From assembly GCA_040905715.1 (NCBI GenBank), contig JBBDRA010000003.1, positions 459,142-523,141 on the forward strand: a stretch of DNA of 64,000 nt, in the 5' to 3' direction. The translations under genes were made by a program, and so were the position numbers. The first letter of the stretch is position 1, and every line of letters starts with the position of its first letter. The stretch comes from Minisyncoccota bacterium (lineage in GTDB: Bacteria; Patescibacteriota; Minisyncoccia; Phycocordibacterales; CSBR16-193). The notes beneath the pieces are model-generated. The model saw only the letters and a list, made by a program, of their open reading frames with translations, made no database searches and was not told where the DNA came from. Below are positions 59,922 through 64,000 of this stretch, one piece after another.

Positions 59922-60066
59922 TACTGCTATTAAACCACAATAAAGCTAGTACCGCAAAAAAAACGCAACCCCAGGAGTCGTGTTGTCTTTTTTCAATACT
60001 ACTAAGATTTCTGAGCTACGACACAGAAAGTTCAGAAAATTCAGAGTTTTCAGTATTACCTAATTC

Positions 60067-61470
60067 TTATTCTCCACCTTCCTCCGTCTCAAATTGCTTT
60101 TTAATTCGCTCTAGATCCTCTTCGGTTATATTGAGCTGCTCGAGTACCCAGACATGTCGTAGATTTGTCGGATCATATTTGCCGATCATGACTCGTTTCA
60201 TTTCATCTGAGCCTTGCTTAACAAGATCCCAGACGCCGATATTTCCCTCCCGGTACACAATGTCTTTCGTAAAGCATGCACCGGGCGTCGCGCATGTAGA
60301 CCCACGAAATGTCCTCACTGTTCGTTTCCACGCAAGCTCACTTGCTTTTGCATCTAGTGCTTCTCCCTCACCGCTCGAAGTAAGCATAAAATACTGCTTG
60401 AGAACTTCAAACGTCTGTCGAAAATCCCGTGGCGTACCGTCCATACCTTTGGCAAGAGATATAGCCAAATGCCCCGTCAAACCGGCAAAGTCATCAGCTC
60501 CCTCGATCTTTTGTTGCTCATACGTGGCTACTCCTTCTTCTCCTTTCACGTATCGGTCAAACCCGAGTCCGAGTAGCCGAATGCGTGATTGTTCCCCGTA
60601 ATCTCTTCGCCGAGCGTGCGTACCGATCTCGTGCGCTGCCAGCGCCTCAATGGACGTTTTCGTAAGCGGAATACTTCGCTGCTCCAACTTCTGTTCTGAA
60701 GGAATGTTCACTGTCCGCGTCTCTTGGCTCACACTTAAACCGCTTCTGCTCCCGGATTCGTCAACAACTACATCCCAGTTATGTAACCCGTATGAACGAA
60801 GCGCTTCTTCAAAATATTCACGAACCTCTTCAGCGGAAGTGATCGTTTCAGTTTCCTTTGGACTATCCGGGAGATCATCTGCCGAAAAGGCAAGGGTGTC
60901 AGACGCTCCGGCTTGTTCCCACGAGATCAGTAATTCAAGTTTTCGAGCAGCGTCACGCTTTTGTTCATTATCACTCTGTTTATACGATTCAATTTTGTCG
61001 CGCACCTGCGTAAGCGTGTATGTGAATATCTCTGGAGAAGGTTCCCCATAGATAAAATCCGAGTAACGCATAAAACGATTATCATCACCCTCTTGTGCCG
61101 CTTTCAACATACGAAGCTTTGCTAATTCTTCATTAACACGCCATCGGTAGAGCTGGCGAACGATATCATTCTCTTCTTCCTCCAACACATCACCTTTCAG
61201 TTCCACGAGTTTTTGCTCCCGTCCCTCAAAATCAAAATCCTCAAGTTTTGGATAGTCGAGCGTTGGATTACCCTCACCGACTGAAAGAAACCGCTCCTTT
61301 TCATGTTCACGCTTTTCGCTATCGCCATGAAGATATTCATAATCATCAAAACACGTTTCTTGAAATCTCTCATACCATTTATCATCAAGCTGCTCCCAGT
61401 TACCGGACTTAGAAGGACCTTGTTCTGCAGGTTCATTATGCTCTGATCCGGGAAATTTTTCTGATTCCAT
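60067..61470 (-). CDS. DUF1704-like putative metallopeptidase (HExxH; QEGLA-like motif)
   Basis: HEIGTH zinc-binding-like motif and GEEGVATYEQ resembling the QEGLA motif of the DUF1704/MATCAP family; acidic N-terminal region. Confidence 0.45.
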   Translation of the reverse strand: MESEKFPGSEHNEPAEQGPSKSGNWEQLDDKWYERFQETCFDDYEYLHGDSEKREHEKERFLSVGEGNPTLDYPKLEDFDFEGREQKLVELKGDVLEEEENDIVRQLYRWRVNEELAKLRMLKAAQEGDDNRFMRYSDFIYGEPSPEIFTYTLTQVRDKIESYKQSDNEQKRDAARKLELLISWEQAGASDTLAFSADDLPDSPKETETITSAEEVREYFEEALRSYGLHNWDVVVDESGSRSGLSVSQETRTVNIPSEQKLEQRSIPLTKTSIEALAAHEIGTHARRRDYGEQSRIRLLGLGFDRYVKGEEGVATYEQQKIEGADDFAGLTGHLAISLAKGMDGTPRDFRQTFEVLKQYFMLTSSGEGEALDAKASELAWKRTVRTFRGSTCATPGACFTKDIVYREGNIGVWDLVKQGSDEMKRVMIGKYDPTNLRHVWVLEQLNITEEDLERIKKQFETEEGGE

Positions 61471-61493
61471 ACTACAAAATATTTAATACGTCA

Positions 61494-63737
61494 TTACCCC
61501 GCCACTGCCTTCTCCGCCTCCTCGAAGGCAACCGAGAGAACTGTCGAAGCACCGGTGCCGGCCATAGTAATACCGTAGAGCACGCCGGCGCGCGACATGG
61601 TCTCGCGGTTGTGAGTTATCAAAATAAGCTGAGACTTATCTGCCAACTCCGCGATCAGGTCGCCGTACTTCTTAGCGTTTGCTTCATCAAGAGCGGCGTC
61701 GGTCTCGTCGAGAATGATGAATGGTGGAGGATTAATATATGACATTGCAAAAAGCAGTGCGATCGAAACAAGCGAGCGCTCCCCGCCTGAAAGCATTTGC
61801 AATCCTTTGATCTTTTTGGCGGGCGGACTGACGTACAACTCAACACCGTCTTGGGACGTATCTTCAGGAACCCCGTCTTCCGTGGAATCCTCAAGCTCAT
61901 CATCATGCTTTGGCTTGATCTTCATTCGCACAAGCCGCGCGGTTCCGCCGCTGAACATGTGTGAAAAAAGTTTTTGAAACTCATCATTTATTTTTTTAAG
62001 ACCGATCTGGAATTCCCGTTCCAAGGTTTCCTCAAGCTCAGCAATGAGCTCTTCAAGCGAAACCGCTGACTTCTCCAGGTCTTCGAGCTCGCGCTCCAAA
62101 AACTGATCTTTCTCGACGAGATCCTCGTACTCACGCAACATGTCGTCACCGGCCTCGACAGCATTATCTTCGATCCGGATCAGAAGACGTTCCAACTCTT
62201 TTCGCCTATCACCTTGATCAGGTACTTCTCTGCCTGTCTGATCACCAAGATCATAATTCTTGTAATCAAGGACCGCACGACCAACAACCTGACCTATCCG
62301 AGCCAGATCCTGATTCATCTCCTCCTCACGCGCGCTCAAGGCACGAGCACGAGCATCAAGACGCTCAAGATCATTGGTAATAGCGGAAAGCTGTGTTCGA
62401 AGCTCATAGATCGCCCGCTCAGCGTCACGCGTGGAATCCTTACGCTCCTCAACAGAGTCAGTGATGCCTCGGTATTCTTCCTCTCGCTGCTTCTTCTCTC
62501 CGTCGAGCATGTTGCGTTTCTGTTCGATCTCTCCTTTTTCTCCTTCGAGTCGTTCGATCTCCGCCCGAGCTTCTTTAACCGACACATCATCCTGCTCTTC
62601 TCGGTTTGCCTGAATAAAGTTAGCAAGACTCTCACGGATAGCTCCGAACGCCTCCTTCATCTTCTCGACAGTTCCCGCCTGCTCTGCCCGCTGTATCTGT
62701 TTCTCGATGAAGTCAGCGGTATCTTCAACATGCTTCAAGTACACTTTGCGGGTCGCGTTGTGCTCATCGGTTTTGTTTGCCTGTGCAATAACGCGCTGAT
62801 GAAGCGCGAGCTCTCCTTCGATACGCCCCAGCTCACGTGTCAGCTCGTCACGCTGACGTGAAAGCTCGGCTATCTGTCCATCGATCTCTCTGAGTTTGGT
62901 GCTCTGATCGTTCTCTGTACTTGCTGCTTCAACGTGACTGCGTTTCTCTGCCAACTCTGCTTCAAGCTGCTGCTTCTTCTGTTCGAGTGGCGTACGCTTG
63001 TCGCCACCCTCTTGCTTCTGTGCTTCGATCTCGGCATATTCACGCGCAAAATACTCAAGCGACTGAGTCTGTAGATCCTGCTTCATCTGGCGAACCTGTT
63101 CAATTCTCTCTTTGATCCGAGCAAGCTCACGCAAACGAGGCGCGACTTCTCGGCGCTGAGTCTGAGTCTCTTTAATATTCTCACGAGTGCGCTCAAGCTT
63201 ACGGATACTCTCTAGGCGTTTCGCTTGATATATCCTCAGCCCAAGCGCATCTTCGATCATTTCTTTACGCCCTGCCGGAGATGCCTCAATGATCTTATCC
63301 GCCTCACCTTGTGAAATAATGTGGTGACCGCTTGAACCGATATGCGCGCCAGCAATAAGCTCGCGAATATCCCTCAGTCGAGCCGGAGACCCATTGAGAT
63401 AATATTCATTTGCCCCGTCGCGATGAACAACCCGCTCAATAACAACTTCGTTGTAATCGATATCCAGGAGTCGATCGTTGTTGTCGAGTGTCACCTTGAC
63501 CTGAGCACGATTAGACCGACCGTGGGAATTAGAACCATTGAAGATCATGTCCTCTCCGCGCTTTCCACGCATCGACTTCATTGACTGCTCACCCAACACG
63601 AAGCGAAATGCCTCGGCAATATTAGATTTGCCGGACCCATTTGGACCCACGATCGCCGAGATGGACGAGTTGAACGTAAGACGTGTATGTTTGGAGAACG
63701 ATTTAAAACCGTCCACTTCAAGGGTCTTCAAGCGCAT
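61494..63737 (-). CDS. smc: SMC-family chromosome segregation ATPase (short form, about 747 aa)
   Basis: N-terminal Walker A GPNGSGKSN. C-terminal signature/Walker B/D-loop LSGGERSLVSIALLFA...ILDETDAALD. Long coiled coil in between. Start set at Met26 (MRLKTLEVDGFKSF). Confidence 0.75.
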   Translation of the reverse strand: MRLKTLEVDGFKSFSKHTRLTFNSSISAIVGPNGSGKSNIAEAFRFVLGEQSMKSMRGKRGEDMIFNGSNSHGRSNRAQVKVTLDNNDRLLDIDYNEVVIERVVHRDGANEYYLNGSPARLRDIRELIAGAHIGSSGHHIISQGEADKIIEASPAGRKEMIEDALGLRIYQAKRLESIRKLERTRENIKETQTQRREVAPRLRELARIKERIEQVRQMKQDLQTQSLEYFAREYAEIEAQKQEGGDKRTPLEQKKQQLEAELAEKRSHVEAASTENDQSTKLREIDGQIAELSRQRDELTRELGRIEGELALHQRVIAQANKTDEHNATRKVYLKHVEDTADFIEKQIQRAEQAGTVEKMKEAFGAIRESLANFIQANREEQDDVSVKEARAEIERLEGEKGEIEQKRNMLDGEKKQREEEYRGITDSVEERKDSTRDAERAIYELRTQLSAITNDLERLDARARALSAREEEMNQDLARIGQVVGRAVLDYKNYDLGDQTGREVPDQGDRRKELERLLIRIEDNAVEAGDDMLREYEDLVEKDQFLERELEDLEKSAVSLEELIAELEETLEREFQIGLKKINDEFQKLFSHMFSGGTARLVRMKIKPKHDDELEDSTEDGVPEDTSQDGVELYVSPPAKKIKGLQMLSGGERSLVSIALLFAMSYINPPPFIILDETDAALDEANAKKYGDLIAELADKSQLILITHNRETMSRAGVLYGITMAGTGASTVLSVAFEEAEKAVAG

Positions 63738-64000
63738 AGATGAATACAGTATACCGTATTCTGTATTCAGTATGAAATCCCGCTGTTCGCTGTGCGAACG
63801 GCGGGATTTCACTAACTATCCACTACCACCTAACCCCTACACATTAAACTCAGTTCCAGCCTTTCTCCTCCAACCCCCGCTCGGCTGCCTTCTGCTCCGC
63901 CTCCTGCTTAGAGTTTCCTTCCCCGAGGGCGACTTGCTCATCGGCCAGAAAGACACCGACCACGAACCGCTTATCGTGGTCCGGACCGCTTTCTTCTGTT

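Noticed and set aside
59950-59995. Possible terminator after the DUF1704 gene (AAACGCAACCCCAGGAGTCGTGTTG followed by a T-run)
   Set aside because: The stem is imperfect, with several mismatches. It may allow read-through into the PEP-domain operon and is not called as a feature.

Overview
This 64 kb window reads as a compact bacterial chromosome segment with small, tightly packed genes and frequent intrinsic terminators. It shows bacterial RNAP beta and beta' subunits, a sigma-70 factor and DnaG. The style (lysine-rich tails, many tiny membrane proteins, a V/A-type ATPase) suggests a small-genome lineage, possibly Patescibacteria/CPR-like; that is inference only. Identifiable content: two monocistronic cold-shock genes, an M15 D,D-carboxypeptidase, galU, a phosphomannomutase, thiI plus cysteine desulfurase, family-4 UDG, NUDIX, a proVW-type ABC transporter, a complete V/A-type ATPase operon (A-B-D-G/H-I-K-E-C-F), truB, hisS, uppP, a DsbA-like oxidoreductase, an 1133-aa UvrD-like helicase fused to a RecB-family nuclease, the operon rpoB-rpoC-dnaG-rpoD, trmD, a KH protein, rpsP, RNase R, a SixA-like histidine phosphatase, and a short SMC-like ATPase. 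Three observations stand out. First, a tRNA gene (best parse tRNA-Asn GUU) is split in the anticodon loop by a roughly 564-bp group I intron; the intron shows canonical P/Q/R/S core elements and encodes an HNH homing endonuclease, and a 19-bp direct repeat of the tRNA 3' end sits exactly 200 bp downstream. Second, three tandem co-directional paralogs each end in a PEP-utilizing phosphohistidine swivel domain, but only one has an ATP-grasp (PPDK_N) domain and none has a PEP/pyruvate TIM barrel. Third, the 675-bp region upstream of rpoB contains two long perfect hairpins. Additional curiosities are a promoter-ORF-terminator unit for a 37-aa extremely basic peptide, a histone-H1-like tail on RpoD, and a DUF1704/MATCAP-like HExxH protein. 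No CRISPR array and no rRNA gene were seen.
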